From assembly GCA_026388125.1 (NCBI GenBank), contig JAPLKJ010000273.1:1-59755 (forward strand): a stretch of 59,755 bases of DNA, read 5' to 3'. Position numbers and translations under genes: made by a program. Under the pieces are notes generated by a model. It was given only the letters and a program-made list of their open reading frames with translations, made no database searches and was not told where the DNA came from. Positions 1-8,228 of this stretch are shown here, piece by piece (positions within the stretch are counted from its first letter, which is position 1; each line of letters opens with the position of its first letter). This DNA comes from Elusimicrobiota bacterium. Its GTDB lineage: Bacteria; Elusimicrobiota; Elusimicrobia; Elusimicrobiales; UBA9959.

Positions 1-528
1 GTGGGGCGGGCGGCCATCTTCGTGGCCGGCTTCACGCTGGCCTTTTGCGCGATGGGCGCGGCGGCTTCGGCGCTGGGGGGGGTGATGGCCGGGCACAAGG
101 ACCTGCTGCTCAAGCTGTTCGGCGCCATCATGGTGCTGCTGGGCGCGCATATGACGGTGCTGAACTTCACTTTCCTGAACTATGAAAAGCGGTTCTCCAT
201 GCGCGCTATAACGCGCGGGCCGGCGGGCGCTTTGCTGATGGGGTTCGCTTTCGCGCTGGGCTGGTCGCCCTGTATCGGGCCCATCCTCGCTTTCATACTG
301 GGCCTGGCCGCCGCGGCCGGCACGGCCTGGAGAGGCGTGCTGCTGCTGCTGGCTTATTCGGCCGGGCTGGCCGTGCCGCTGCTGCTGGCGGCCGCGCTGA
401 CGGCCCGGTTCTTCTCATTTATCGCGAGGTTCAGGAGTTCGATGCGCTGGGTGGAAATGGCGGCGGGGCTGGTGCTGATAGTTTTCGGCGCGCTGCTGTT
501 CTTCGACAGACTGATGTTCGTTATTTAA
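1..528 (+). CDS. ccdA: Cytochrome c biogenesis protein CcdA / DsbD-core thiol-disulfide transporter, 5' end cut by window edge
   Basis: Open from base 1. Polytopic hydrophobic product with the WSPCIGP Cys-Pro membrane motif typical of the CcdA/DsbD family. Stop TAA at 526-528. Confidence 0.7.
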   Translation: MGRAAIFVAGFTLAFCAMGAAASALGGVMAGHKDLLLKLFGAIMVLLGAHMTVLNFTFLNYEKRFSMRAITRGPAGALLMGFAFALGWSPCIGPILAFILGLAAAAGTAWRGVLLLLAYSAGLAVPLLLAAALTARFFSFIARFRSSMRWVEMAAGLVLIVFGALLFFDRLMFVI

Positions 529-532
529 CGCC

Positions 533-552
533 GGGGGGGGGGGGGGGGGGGG
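533..552. repeat. Uninterrupted G20 homopolymer in the 39-nt spacer between the convergent ccdA and pyrE stops
   Basis: Counted directly: G at 533-540, 541-550 and 551-552. The last two G begin a GGATCC site. Confidence 0.95.
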
Positions 553-567
553 ATCCCGCGCCGCGGA

Positions 568-1092
568 TTAAGATATTTGTGGTACCGCCGGGTAGGTGGT
601 CAGGTCCATTTTTACCAGGCTTTCCTGCGGGAAAGGCAGCGCGCGGCCGCCCATGCGGTTTATCATGGACAGGGCGCCTATAACTTCGCCGCCGCGGGCC
701 GTCACCAGGGCCGCTGTCTCAAGGGTGGATTTGCCAGTAGTAAAAACATCCTCTACTATGACGACGCGGGAGCCTTTCGCCAGGGAAAAGCCCCGGCGCA
801 GCGTCATCTCGTTGTTTTCCCTTTCGGTGAAGATAAAATCCACGCCCAGCGCGCGGGCCGTTTCGTGGCCTATTATCAGGCCGCCCATCGCGGGTGACAC
901 CACCACTTCGGGCTCGGCGCCGTTCCACAGGGCGGCCAGGGCCGTGCCCAGCTCGCCGGCCCAGAAAGGGTTCTTCAGCGCCAGCGCGCACTGCACGTAG
1001 TCGGGGCTGTGCAGGCCGGAAGAAAGCAGGAAATTGCCGCTCAGTAAAGCGCCGGAAGACGAGAGATATTCTTTTATTTCTTTTTCCGTCAT
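568..1092 (-). CDS. pyrE: Orotate phosphoribosyltransferase
   Basis: 174 aa with the PRPP-binding loop VVIVEDVFTTGKS. 4-nt overlap with pyrF. Confidence 0.9.
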   Translation of the reverse strand: MTEKEIKEYLSSSGALLSGNFLLSSGLHSPDYVQCALALKNPFWAGELGTALAALWNGAEPEVVVSPAMGGLIIGHETARALGVDFIFTERENNEMTLRRGFSLAKGSRVVIVEDVFTTGKSTLETAALVTARGGEVIGALSMINRMGGRALPFPQESLVKMDLTTYPAVPQIS

Positions 1093-1775
1093 TTAAGCTC
1101 GCCGAGTATGGCCGCGGCGGCCGCCGCGGGATCGTCGGCGGCGGTGATGGGGCGGCCCACCACTATAAAATCCGCGCCGGCCCCGGCCGCTTCGCCGGGG
1201 GTGAGGGAGCGCTTCTGGTCGTCGCCGCGGGCCACGGGCCTTATGCCCGGTGTTATAAGCTTCAGGCGGCCGCTGACGTTCTTAACGCGCACCAGTTCGC
1301 GGGGGGAACACACCACGCCGTCGGCGCCGTTCTCCAGGGCCTGCGCTGCCAGCAGCTTCACCGTCTTGTCTATGCCGCCGCGGAAACCCACGCGGAAAAG
1401 ACCGTATTCGTTGAAACTGGTAAGTACCGTAATGCCCCAGAGCCTGGGACGTTTTTCCAGCTCGGCGCAGGCTTTCAGCGCCTCGCCTCCGGCCGTGAGA
1501 TGCAGCGAGACCGAGTAGACGCCCATTTTAGCGGCGCTCATCACGGAATGCTTCACAGTGTTGGGAATATCGTGGAACTTAAGGTCCAGAAAAACTTTGC
1601 CGCCGTGCTTGTGCACCAGGTCCACGGCCGCGGGGCCGACGGCCGTAAAAAGCACCGAGCCGACCTTGAAATATTTTACCGAGCCTTTCAGTTTTTCCAG
1701 CAGCGCCTCGGTAGCTTTAAGACTGTCCGTGTCCAGGGCCGCGATAAGTTCGGTTTTAGGCATTGGGTGGTTCAC
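1089..1775 (-). CDS. pyrF: Orotidine 5'-phosphate decarboxylase
   Basis: 228 aa with the DLKFHDIPNTV active-site motif and FKVG near the N-terminus. Confidence 0.9.
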   Translation of the reverse strand: MNHPMPKTELIAALDTDSLKATEALLEKLKGSVKYFKVGSVLFTAVGPAAVDLVHKHGGKVFLDLKFHDIPNTVKHSVMSAAKMGVYSVSLHLTAGGEALKACAELEKRPRLWGITVLTSFNEYGLFRVGFRGGIDKTVKLLAAQALENGADGVVCSPRELVRVKNVSGRLKLITPGIRPVARGDDQKRSLTPGEAAGAGADFIVVGRPITAADDPAAAAAAILGELK

Positions 1776-1784
1776 AGGCCGCGG

Positions 1785-2378
1785 CTAGGAAACCATCCCT
1801 GCCAGTTCCCGCGCCAGTTCCTCGGGAAGAAAAGCGAATACCTTGCATCTGCTTACGTTTTCGCCGCTGCGCATGGCCAGCGTGACCTGCACCGTCCTGA
1901 AATCCCGCTTCAGGTCCATCACGCCGCCCAGCCCCTCCTCGATACCGCGGCTGTCGCCAGCCACGTAACGCGGCACCGAGGGAATAAAGCCCGTGCCGAG
2001 CGCGTTCATCACGGAATTGGTCAGCGCGTTGAGTATTATGTTGCCGAGCTCCAGCAGCATCATCTCGTCGGACTGCGATACGCTCTTGGTCCTAGGGAAG
2101 GAGTACCCGAGGAAACACTTGGAAATGCAGTCCATCTCCTCCGGGTCAAAAAGCATCAGCGTGGCGAAAGAAAATGCCCCTTTAACTTCGATGGAAACCC
2201 CGGCTGCGGACCGGTTCTTGAAATCGTACTGGAGGATGGCGTCAGCCAGCGTTCCGGTCGAGCATTCGGTATCCACTAACTGCCAGGTGCCGGCGGAAAC
2301 CTTCGAAAGCTTTACCAGGCACCTTTCAAGGCTCAGGGTCGCCAGCCGCCCCAGTACTCCGTTTTCTTTTAAATCCAT
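1785..2378 (-). CDS. CheC/CheX-family (CheY-P phosphatase-like) protein
   Basis: Carries an ELGNIILNALTNS segment matching the E-x2-N phosphatase motif of the CheC/CheX/FliY family, and only one clear copy is visible. The ATG at 2378 is preferred over the TTG at 2399 used by the ORF track. Confidence 0.5.
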   Translation of the reverse strand: MDLKENGVLGRLATLSLERCLVKLSKVSAGTWQLVDTECSTGTLADAILQYDFKNRSAAGVSIEVKGAFSFATLMLFDPEEMDCISKCFLGYSFPRTKSVSQSDEMMLLELGNIILNALTNSVMNALGTGFIPSVPRYVAGDSRGIEEGLGGVMDLKRDFRTVQVTLAMRSGENVSRCKVFAFLPEELARELAGMVS

Positions 2379-2391
2379 AAATTTTCCCGGA

Positions 2392-2745
2392 TCACGCAAG
2401 ACGGTCCATGACGTCCTTCAGCTCCTGACTGTCGAACGGCTTGCGCAGTATGGCCGCCGCGCCGCGCTGCATGACTATCTTATCCGTTTCGTCCTGCTCT
2501 ACGGCTGTTATTACTACGATCTTGGCCGCGGGATCGAGCGTTTTGAGCTGTTGCAGCACGTCGACGCCGGTCACTCCCGGCATTACAAGGTCCAGCAGCA
2601 CCACTTCCGGACGCAGTCTCTGGAAAGCTTCTATCACTTTGGTGCCGTCACCGACCTCTCCCAGCACTTCGTGCTTAAACTGTTCCAGAAACATCCGTAT
2701 GACGTCCCTCATCATACCGTTGTCGTCCACAATAAGTACTTTCAT
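2392..2745 (-). CDS. Stand-alone response-regulator receiver domain (CheY-like)
   Basis: 117 aa with VDDN acidic pocket, LLDLVMPG phospho-acceptor Asp, ITA Thr and RKPF Lys positions. No output domain. Confidence 0.85.
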   Translation of the reverse strand: MKVLIVDDNGMMRDVIRMFLEQFKHEVLGEVGDGTKVIEAFQRLRPEVVLLDLVMPGVTGVDVLQQLKTLDPAAKIVVITAVEQDETDKIVMQRGAAAILRKPFDSQELKDVMDRLA

Positions 2746-2841
2746 AAAACACCCCTTTTAGTAAGCCGGTCCTGTCTCTGCCGGCTGCCCGCCTTTCTGC
2801 CGAGAACTAAAACCTGATCGGGATAATAATACCAAATAGAC

Positions 2842-2871
2842 GGCCGGAACGGATATTCTGTCCCGCCGGCC
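2842..2871 (-). terminator. Possible intrinsic terminator after pyrD
   Basis: GGCCGG...CCGGCC stem with an inner CGG/CCG extension, followed on the minus strand by a T-rich stretch (tctatttggtatt). Confidence 0.35.
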
Positions 2872-2876
2872 CGCCC

Positions 2877-3926
2877 TCAGACCGGCAGCGAGCGGGACCG
2901 CCAGTTGGAACGTTCCAGATACTTCAGTATTTCCTTGACCAGGAACGGGCCTTCATACACCAGGCCGGAATAGACCTGCACGAGGTCGGCGCCCAGCGTA
3001 AGCTTTTCCAGCGCGGCCGGCCCGTCGAAGATGCCGCCGGAGCCTATTATGGGGAAGCGGCCCCGGCCCAGTTCCGCCACGCGGCCCAGCACGGCGTTGG
3101 AAACGTCCTTCAGCGGCAGCCCGCTCAGGCCGCCCTCGTAGGAGCGCCAGTGCTGCGGCACCGTTTCGCGCTTCACGGTGGTATTGGTGGTGATAAGCCC
3201 GAAGCCCAGCTCCGCCGCCATCTCTATGACGCTCTCCATGCCGGTGGCGTCGAGGTCGGGCGTTACCTTGACGAAGAACGGTTTTACTTCGCGCTGCCCG
3301 GCCGCGAAAGCGAGCAGCGGCTCTATAAGCTGGCGCAGCCGCTGCGCTTCGTGCAGGCGCCGCAATTGCAGGGTGTTGGGTGAACTTACGTTGACGGCGA
3401 AATAATTGCCGTAGGGATAAAGTATTTTGAGCGCCTCCAGGTAATTGCGCGGCGCGTCCTCTATGGAGCAGTCCGCGTTCTTGCCCAGGCTTATGCCCAC
3501 CGGGATGGGCAGCGGCAGCAGCTGCTCCAGCGAGCGCGCGGCCTCCCAGGCGCCGACGTTATTGAAGCCCATGCGGTTGATTATGCCCTTGCTTTCGCGC
3601 ACGCGGAAAACGCGCGGCTTGGGGTTGCCCGGCTGGGGACGCAGGGTTACGGTGCCCAGTTCCAGATGGCCGAAACCCAGACCGGCCAGGAAACGGGCGG
3701 CCTCGCAGTTCTTGTCGAAGCCGGCGGCCAGGCCCACGGGGTTCTTGAATTTTATGCCCGCCACTGTAACTGGCAGGTCCTTGGCGCGGGCCAGCAGGCT
3801 TATCAGCGAAGTGAGCGGCGGCAGCCGCTGGAAAACGCGCGCGCTCCTGATGGCCGCGTCATGCATCAATTCCGGGTTGAAGTTGAACAGTATCCGGCGT
3901 ACGAGTTTTCTGTACAGGAAGCCCAT
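2877..3926 (-). CDS. pyrD: Dihydroorotate dehydrogenase, class 2 (quinone-linked)
   Basis: 349 aa. The NVSSPNT catalytic-Ser motif indicates class 2 rather than Cys class 1. Also has an N-terminal extension and a GGIFDG FMN-binding end. Confidence 0.9.
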   Translation of the reverse strand: MGFLYRKLVRRILFNFNPELMHDAAIRSARVFQRLPPLTSLISLLARAKDLPVTVAGIKFKNPVGLAAGFDKNCEAARFLAGLGFGHLELGTVTLRPQPGNPKPRVFRVRESKGIINRMGFNNVGAWEAARSLEQLLPLPIPVGISLGKNADCSIEDAPRNYLEALKILYPYGNYFAVNVSSPNTLQLRRLHEAQRLRQLIEPLLAFAAGQREVKPFFVKVTPDLDATGMESVIEMAAELGFGLITTNTTVKRETVPQHWRSYEGGLSGLPLKDVSNAVLGRVAELGRGRFPIIGSGGIFDGPAALEKLTLGADLVQVYSGLVYEGPFLVKEILKYLERSNWRSRSLPV

Positions 3927-3973
3927 TGTTGCCTTAATCTTTGTGAAATATTAACAGTGCCGTCCGTTAAATT

Positions 3974-5257
3974 TTAGCAAATGACGCGGCCGTCTTTAAA
4001 AATAAATCTGCCGCCGGCTATCGCCGCGGCGGGCCAGCCTTTCAGGCGGCGGCCCTTGAACGGTGAGTTGGAGGAAAGCGAAAAGAACCGCTCCGGCACG
4101 CGGTGCGCGGCGCGGGGATCGAGAATGGTTATATCCGCGTCGAACCCGGGCGTCAGCGCCCCCTTGCGCCGCAGGTCCAGCAGGCGGGCCGGGTTGGCGC
4201 TGAGCAGCCGGGCGAGCCTCAGCTTCGGCATGCGGTTGTTGAAGACCAATTCGGTGACGCACAGCGGGGCCAGGGTTTCAAGGCCGATAACGCCGAAAGG
4301 GGCTTTCAGGAAGCCTTTGGCTTTCAGACGGCGCTCGTGCGGCGCGTGATCGGTGGCGATCACGTCTATGGTGCCGTCCGCGAGCGCCTTAAGCACGGCG
4401 GCCCGGTCGGCCGGGGAACGCAGCGGCGGCTTCATTTTAAAATTAGCGTCGCGCGGATCAAGATCGCGGTCGGACAGCGTAAAATAATGCGGGCAGGTTT
4501 CGCCGGTAACCGGCACGCCGGCCGCTTTGGCCGCGCGCAGCGCGCCCACGGAGGCAGAAAGGCTGAGATGCTGCAGGTGCACCGGCCCGCAGTCGGCCGC
4601 GGCCATGATATCGCGCAGCACGGCGAAAACCTCGGACTCGGAACCGATGGCCGGCAGGCGGAACCCCGGCACGCGGCGGTTCAGCACGCCGGCGCCGCTC
4701 AGGCCGGAAAGCTCGGGATGGTCCAGCAGCGGCAGGCGCAGGCGGGCCGCGGTCTTAACGGCGCGGCGGAACAGTTCGCCGTCCTCAAGGCAGGCGCCGT
4801 CGTCCGTAAAAGCCAGCGCCCCGGCTTTCTTCAGCCCGGCCAGGCCGGATAATTTTTTGCCCGCGCGGCCCGCGGTGATAGCGGCGGAAAAATAAAAGTT
4901 CACGGGCAGCCCGGCGGCGCGGGCCCTGTATTTTTTAAGCAGGGCCGCGGTGGCCATGGGCGGGCTGGTATTCGGCATCAGCAGCGCGGAGGTAACCCCG
5001 CCGGCGGCGGCGGCCCTGGCGGCGCTGGCCAGCGTTTCCGCTTTTTCGGCGCCGGGCTCGCGCGCGTGCACGTGCATATCTATAAAACCGGGGAAAACCC
5101 AGAGGCCTGCCGCGTCGAAAACCGCGCAGCCAGGAGGCGGGGAGATTCTTGAGGACAGGCGGGAGATCCTGCCGTCTTCTATAAGCAGGTCCCTTATGGC
5201 CTCCAGGCCGGAGGCGGGGTCAATTACCAGACCGTTTTTTAACAGCAGTTGCGGCAT
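3974..5257 (-). CDS. pyrC: Dihydroorotase
   Basis: 427 aa amidohydrolase with DMHVHAREPG and ATDHAPH metal-ligand motifs. N-terminus LLLKNGLVIDP. Confidence 0.9.
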   Translation of the reverse strand: MPQLLLKNGLVIDPASGLEAIRDLLIEDGRISRLSSRISPPPGCAVFDAAGLWVFPGFIDMHVHAREPGAEKAETLASAARAAAAGGVTSALLMPNTSPPMATAALLKKYRARAAGLPVNFYFSAAITAGRAGKKLSGLAGLKKAGALAFTDDGACLEDGELFRRAVKTAARLRLPLLDHPELSGLSGAGVLNRRVPGFRLPAIGSESEVFAVLRDIMAAADCGPVHLQHLSLSASVGALRAAKAAGVPVTGETCPHYFTLSDRDLDPRDANFKMKPPLRSPADRAAVLKALADGTIDVIATDHAPHERRLKAKGFLKAPFGVIGLETLAPLCVTELVFNNRMPKLRLARLLSANPARLLDLRRKGALTPGFDADITILDPRAAHRVPERFFSLSSNSPFKGRRLKGWPAAAIAGGRFIFKDGRVIC

Positions 5258-5909
5258 TCTTTATTTTTACCGGGGCGGGCTGCGGCTGCAGCGGCCCAGC
5301 TTCCAGCGTTACCATATGCGGGCCGAAGGCGGCCGGGGCTTCGCGGTAGGCCAGCAACTGCACGGCCGTCGCCAGCACCAGCAGCGCCCAGCAGGCCTGC
5401 AGGGCCCGGCGTCCGGAAAAAGAATGGAAAGCTTTTGCCGCCACTGCCAGCAGCAGGGCGCCGCCTATGGCCGCGTGCGGCAGCAGCACCGTTCGCCAGG
5501 CCTCCTCGTTAACGCGCCAGGCCAGCAGAAAATACAGCGCGCCGATGGCGGCCAGGAAGAAAAGGAAAACAGCCTGCCAGCGGCCGCCCGCCGGAGTGGC
5601 GTGCTGCATGAGGCGGCTGAGCCCGGCCGCCGCGAACAGGCAGGAAAAAGCTATGAATAGATGGAAGCCGCCGCGCGCCGCCAGCGCTCCGGCCAGGCCG
5701 CTGAAATTCCAGCCGCCCGGCACCGCCAGTATCACCACGAAACCGAGCACGCCGGCCAGCAGCAGGGCAAGCGGCCCGATAAGCTCCGCGCGCCTGCCGG
5801 GCTGTTTTAAGGCGTAGGCCTCGGCCGCGCCCAGCAGCAGGAACGCTCCGCCCTGCAGGCTGTGTATCAGCGTGGACGCGCGCGTGAAACTATCGTAGTC
5901 CACGCTCAC
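5220..5909 (-). CDS. Polytopic membrane protein, function unknown
   Basis: 229 aa with about six hydrophobic spans and conserved-looking His residues (IHSLQGG, GGFHLF, LPHAAIGG). Its 3' end overlaps the pyrC start by 38 nt. Confidence 0.5.
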   Translation of the reverse strand: MSVDYDSFTRASTLIHSLQGGAFLLLGAAEAYALKQPGRRAELIGPLALLLAGVLGFVVILAVPGGWNFSGLAGALAARGGFHLFIAFSCLFAAAGLSRLMQHATPAGGRWQAVFLFFLAAIGALYFLLAWRVNEEAWRTVLLPHAAIGGALLLAVAAKAFHSFSGRRALQACWALLVLATAVQLLAYREAPAAFGPHMVTLEAGPLQPQPAPVKIKNAATAVKKRSGN

Positions 5910-6313
5910 TTCCGCCGCCTTTTTCCGGAACCGTTCTTAAGGTACATATATAAACCGCCCAGTCCGCCGGCGGCGAAAAAGGTCCATAACGGATTTGAAA
6001 AGGCAGAGGTCTTCTGTTCGGCGGCGGGTGAGGCGGGAACGGCGGGGGCCGTAGCCACTTCTACCGCGGCCGCCGCGGGCTGCGCCGGCGCGGCCTGTGC
6101 CTGCTCCGCCTTTTTTACTGCCTTGCCGGGCTTATGCGAGGCCACGGCCCGGTCGGGGTTGGCAGAAGCCTCCAGGAAAGGGGAACGCGCCGCAGGCGCG
6201 GCGGAGCAGGCGTCGGAAGTTTTAGAGCAGTCCTGCGCGGTCTTCTGGGACGCGGCACACAGCAGCAGCGCCGCGGCCGCCGGACAGAACAGGGAAAGTA
6301 TAAGATGTTTCAT
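5906..6313 (-). CDS. Small exported Ala/Pro-rich protein with a C-terminal hydrophobic anchor and basic tail
   Basis: N-terminal signal-like segment MKHLILSLFCPAAAALLLCAAS. C-terminus NPLW-TFFAAGGLGGLYMYL-KNGSGKRRRK. 4-nt overlaps with both neighbours. Confidence 0.45.
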   Translation of the reverse strand: MKHLILSLFCPAAAALLLCAASQKTAQDCSKTSDACSAAPAARSPFLEASANPDRAVASHKPGKAVKKAEQAQAAPAQPAAAAVEVATAPAVPASPAAEQKTSAFSNPLWTFFAAGGLGGLYMYLKNGSGKRRRK

Positions 6314-6867
6314 ATATCGGTATTGTACCCGGCCAATTCCTTTGTTGTTTTGCGTTTTCTCGGCGGGGGCGCTTCGTCCGGATAGCCTACGGAGAGCAGC
6401 ACCTCCACTTTTATCCCGGCCCCCAGGCCCAGCGCCTTCGCTGCGGCTTTGGCGTTGAACCAGCCCAGCCAGCAGGTTCCCAGCCCCTGCTCGGCGGCGG
6501 CCAGCACGAAATGTTCCGCCGCTATGCCGATGTCCACCAGTCTGAAATTAGTGCTCTGCATCTGGTTGCCCAGCCAGGCGGTGAGCTTGCCGGTGTCCGA
6601 GACCACAGCCACCATCACCGGCGCGGCCGCCGCGAACCGGCAGGCGGAGTACACCCCGCCGAACACCGCGGCGCAGAATTTTTCCTTGAGCGCGGGCTCG
6701 TCCAGAACTATGAACTTGTACGGCTGGGCGTTGCAGGCCGACGGCGCCAGGCGCGCGGCCTCCAGGCAGAGGTCGAGTTTCTCCCTCTCCACCGGGACGG
6801 ACTTGTATTTGCGGATGCTGCGCCGCGCGGCGGCTATTTTCAGAAGATGTGAAGTCGGCATAGCCAT
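6310..6867 (-). CDS. Nitroreductase-family flavoprotein
   Basis: 185 aa with RRSIRKY near the N-terminus and the typical nitroreductase fold pattern (PSACNAQPYKF, GTCWLGWF). Confidence 0.8.
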   Translation of the reverse strand: MAMPTSHLLKIAAARRSIRKYKSVPVEREKLDLCLEAARLAPSACNAQPYKFIVLDEPALKEKFCAAVFGGVYSACRFAAAAPVMVAVVSDTGKLTAWLGNQMQSTNFRLVDIGIAAEHFVLAAAEQGLGTCWLGWFNAKAAAKALGLGAGIKVEVLLSVGYPDEAPPPRKRKTTKELAGYNTDI

Positions 6868-6907
6868 ATTTTATAATATAGAAGGAAGGATTTCAGAGGT
6901 ATCAATT

Positions 6908-7252
6908 ATGGAAAACTGGAAAGAGGGCGTTAATTTCGCCATTACGGTCTGCGATTCCGACGGAAAGATAACGGAAATGAACGAAAGATCCGCCGCCACC
7001 TTCGCCAAGTACGGCGGCAAAGCGCTGATCGGGCAAAGCCTGCTGGACTGCCACCCGGAGCCGGCCAGGAGCAAACTTAAAAAAATGCTGGCCGAGCCGT
7101 ACACCAACGCCTATACCATAGAAAAGAACGGCGTGAAGAAACTTATCTACCAGACCCCCTGGCTGAACAACGGCCAGCCCGCCGGCCTGGTGGAGCTGTC
7201 CTTTGAGCTCCCATCTGAGATGCCCCACTTCGTGCGCAAAAAAACCGTCTGA
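6908..7252 (+). CDS. Single PAS-domain protein
   Basis: The ATG at 6908 lies inside the longer track ORF 6449-7252. The 115-aa product has a PAS-like pattern (ITVCDSDGKITEMNERSAATF...GQSLLDCHPE). A TATAAT at 6872-6877 and a purine-rich RBS lie upstream. Confidence 0.6.
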   Translation: MENWKEGVNFAITVCDSDGKITEMNERSAATFAKYGGKALIGQSLLDCHPEPARSKLKKMLAEPYTNAYTIEKNGVKKLIYQTPWLNNGQPAGLVELSFELPSEMPHFVRKKTV

Positions 7253-7288
7253 GAACTTTTAGGGGCAAAAGTTCTCAGACAGATTTTT

Positions 7289-7549
7289 ATGAAAAACAAA
7301 ATATTGTTGCTCGTTTCGGCGCTGCTGCTGGGTGCCTGCTCGCACGCGGTCAGGGAAACGGTCTTGAACCAGCCGCTGCCGGTTGTGCCGCCGGTGGAAC
7401 CGCCGGTGCCCGTGCTGCACCGCACTTACACGGAGGGGGAGGTTTTGAAATATAAACTGACCCTCGATTATTCCGAAACGGGGGAGGTCCTCCGCCTCCG
7501 CCAGCGCCGTAGCTACTGTGAAAAAAAGGGGCGACGGAGTTTTATATGA
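7289..7549 (+). CDS. Lipoprotein, N-terminal fragment (frame-disrupted gene)
   Basis: Lipobox signal MKNKILLLVSALLLGAC. The frame ends 22 nt after an A7G4 run at 7521-7531. Confidence 0.5.
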   Translation: MKNKILLLVSALLLGACSHAVRETVLNQPLPVVPPVEPPVPVLHRTYTEGEVLKYKLTLDYSETGEVLRLRQRRSYCEKKGRRSFI

Positions 7550-8219
7550 AGTGTGGCAGTGGACGGGACGGCAGAAGAACGGCGCCGACATAAAACTCCC
7601 GGCGGAAAGCCTGGATTTCAGGCAGCTGCTTTCACTTGACCCTGGGTTCAAACTTTCCATTCAGGACCTTTCAAAGATCTACCCGCTTATCGAGCCGGTC
7701 ACGGACACCCTGACCTTCTACGCCGACCTGCAGCTGGCCATGCGCAAAGGCCTGGCGTTGACGGTGGGGGAGCATCTTTTCATTGAACACGGCCTGCCGA
7801 ACTCCTGGGCGGGAGGCCCCACGGCGGTGGGCCGCGACTGCGTGGATTTCGACCTTACACTGACGGACATTAACGCCGCGGACAATACCGCCACTATGAG
7901 GGCGCTGCATCTGCCGCCGGCGGCGGGCTGCGGCGCGGCGCCAACGCCCTGGCTGCAGAAGCCGGTCAGCGACACGGCGAACAACTGGTATCAGGTCAGA
8001 AAGGAAGGAAAATCCATCTACATCGCCTCGGCGGCCAAAGAAACCTTCGACGACGATATAAAAATAAGCCTGGTTGACGGCCGTATCGTCTCGGCCACAC
8101 AGCTCAATCTGCTCACCGGAGAAAAGCGCACCTGCCTGGACGAAAAGCTCGCCATGTGCGGCGCGCCGGGCCGGTTCTCCATCGTCAGGAAGCTGCTGCT
8201 TGCCCCCGAAGCGGAGTAA
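7518..8219 (+). CDS. Lipoprotein, C-terminal fragment (continues 7289-7549 in the +1 frame)
   Basis: This frame is open from 7461. It has no signal peptide of its own and overlaps the upstream fragment across the homopolymer. Confidence 0.5.
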   Translation: MKKRGDGVLYEVWQWTGRQKNGADIKLPAESLDFRQLLSLDPGFKLSIQDLSKIYPLIEPVTDTLTFYADLQLAMRKGLALTVGEHLFIEHGLPNSWAGGPTAVGRDCVDFDLTLTDINAADNTATMRALHLPPAAGCGAAPTPWLQKPVSDTANNWYQVRKEGKSIYIASAAKETFDDDIKISLVDGRIVSATQLNLLTGEKRTCLDEKLAMCGAPGRFSIVRKLLLAPEAE

Positions 8220-8228
8220 CCCGGCGGG

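Noticed and set aside
551-556. BamHI site (GGATCC) directly after the G20 tract, as a possible sign of homopolymer-tailed cloning or vector junction
   Set aside because: Flanking genes on both sides are intact and in native-looking convergent orientation, and a 6-mer occurs by chance. I kept only the neutral artefact-versus-real question as a finding.
7522-7528. A_AAA_AAG heptamer in the correct phase for dnaX-type -1 programmed frameshifting
   Set aside because: The -1 frame terminates after about 21 codons. The downstream ORF is in the +1 frame, so a one-base homopolymer indel explains the split better than -1 PRF.
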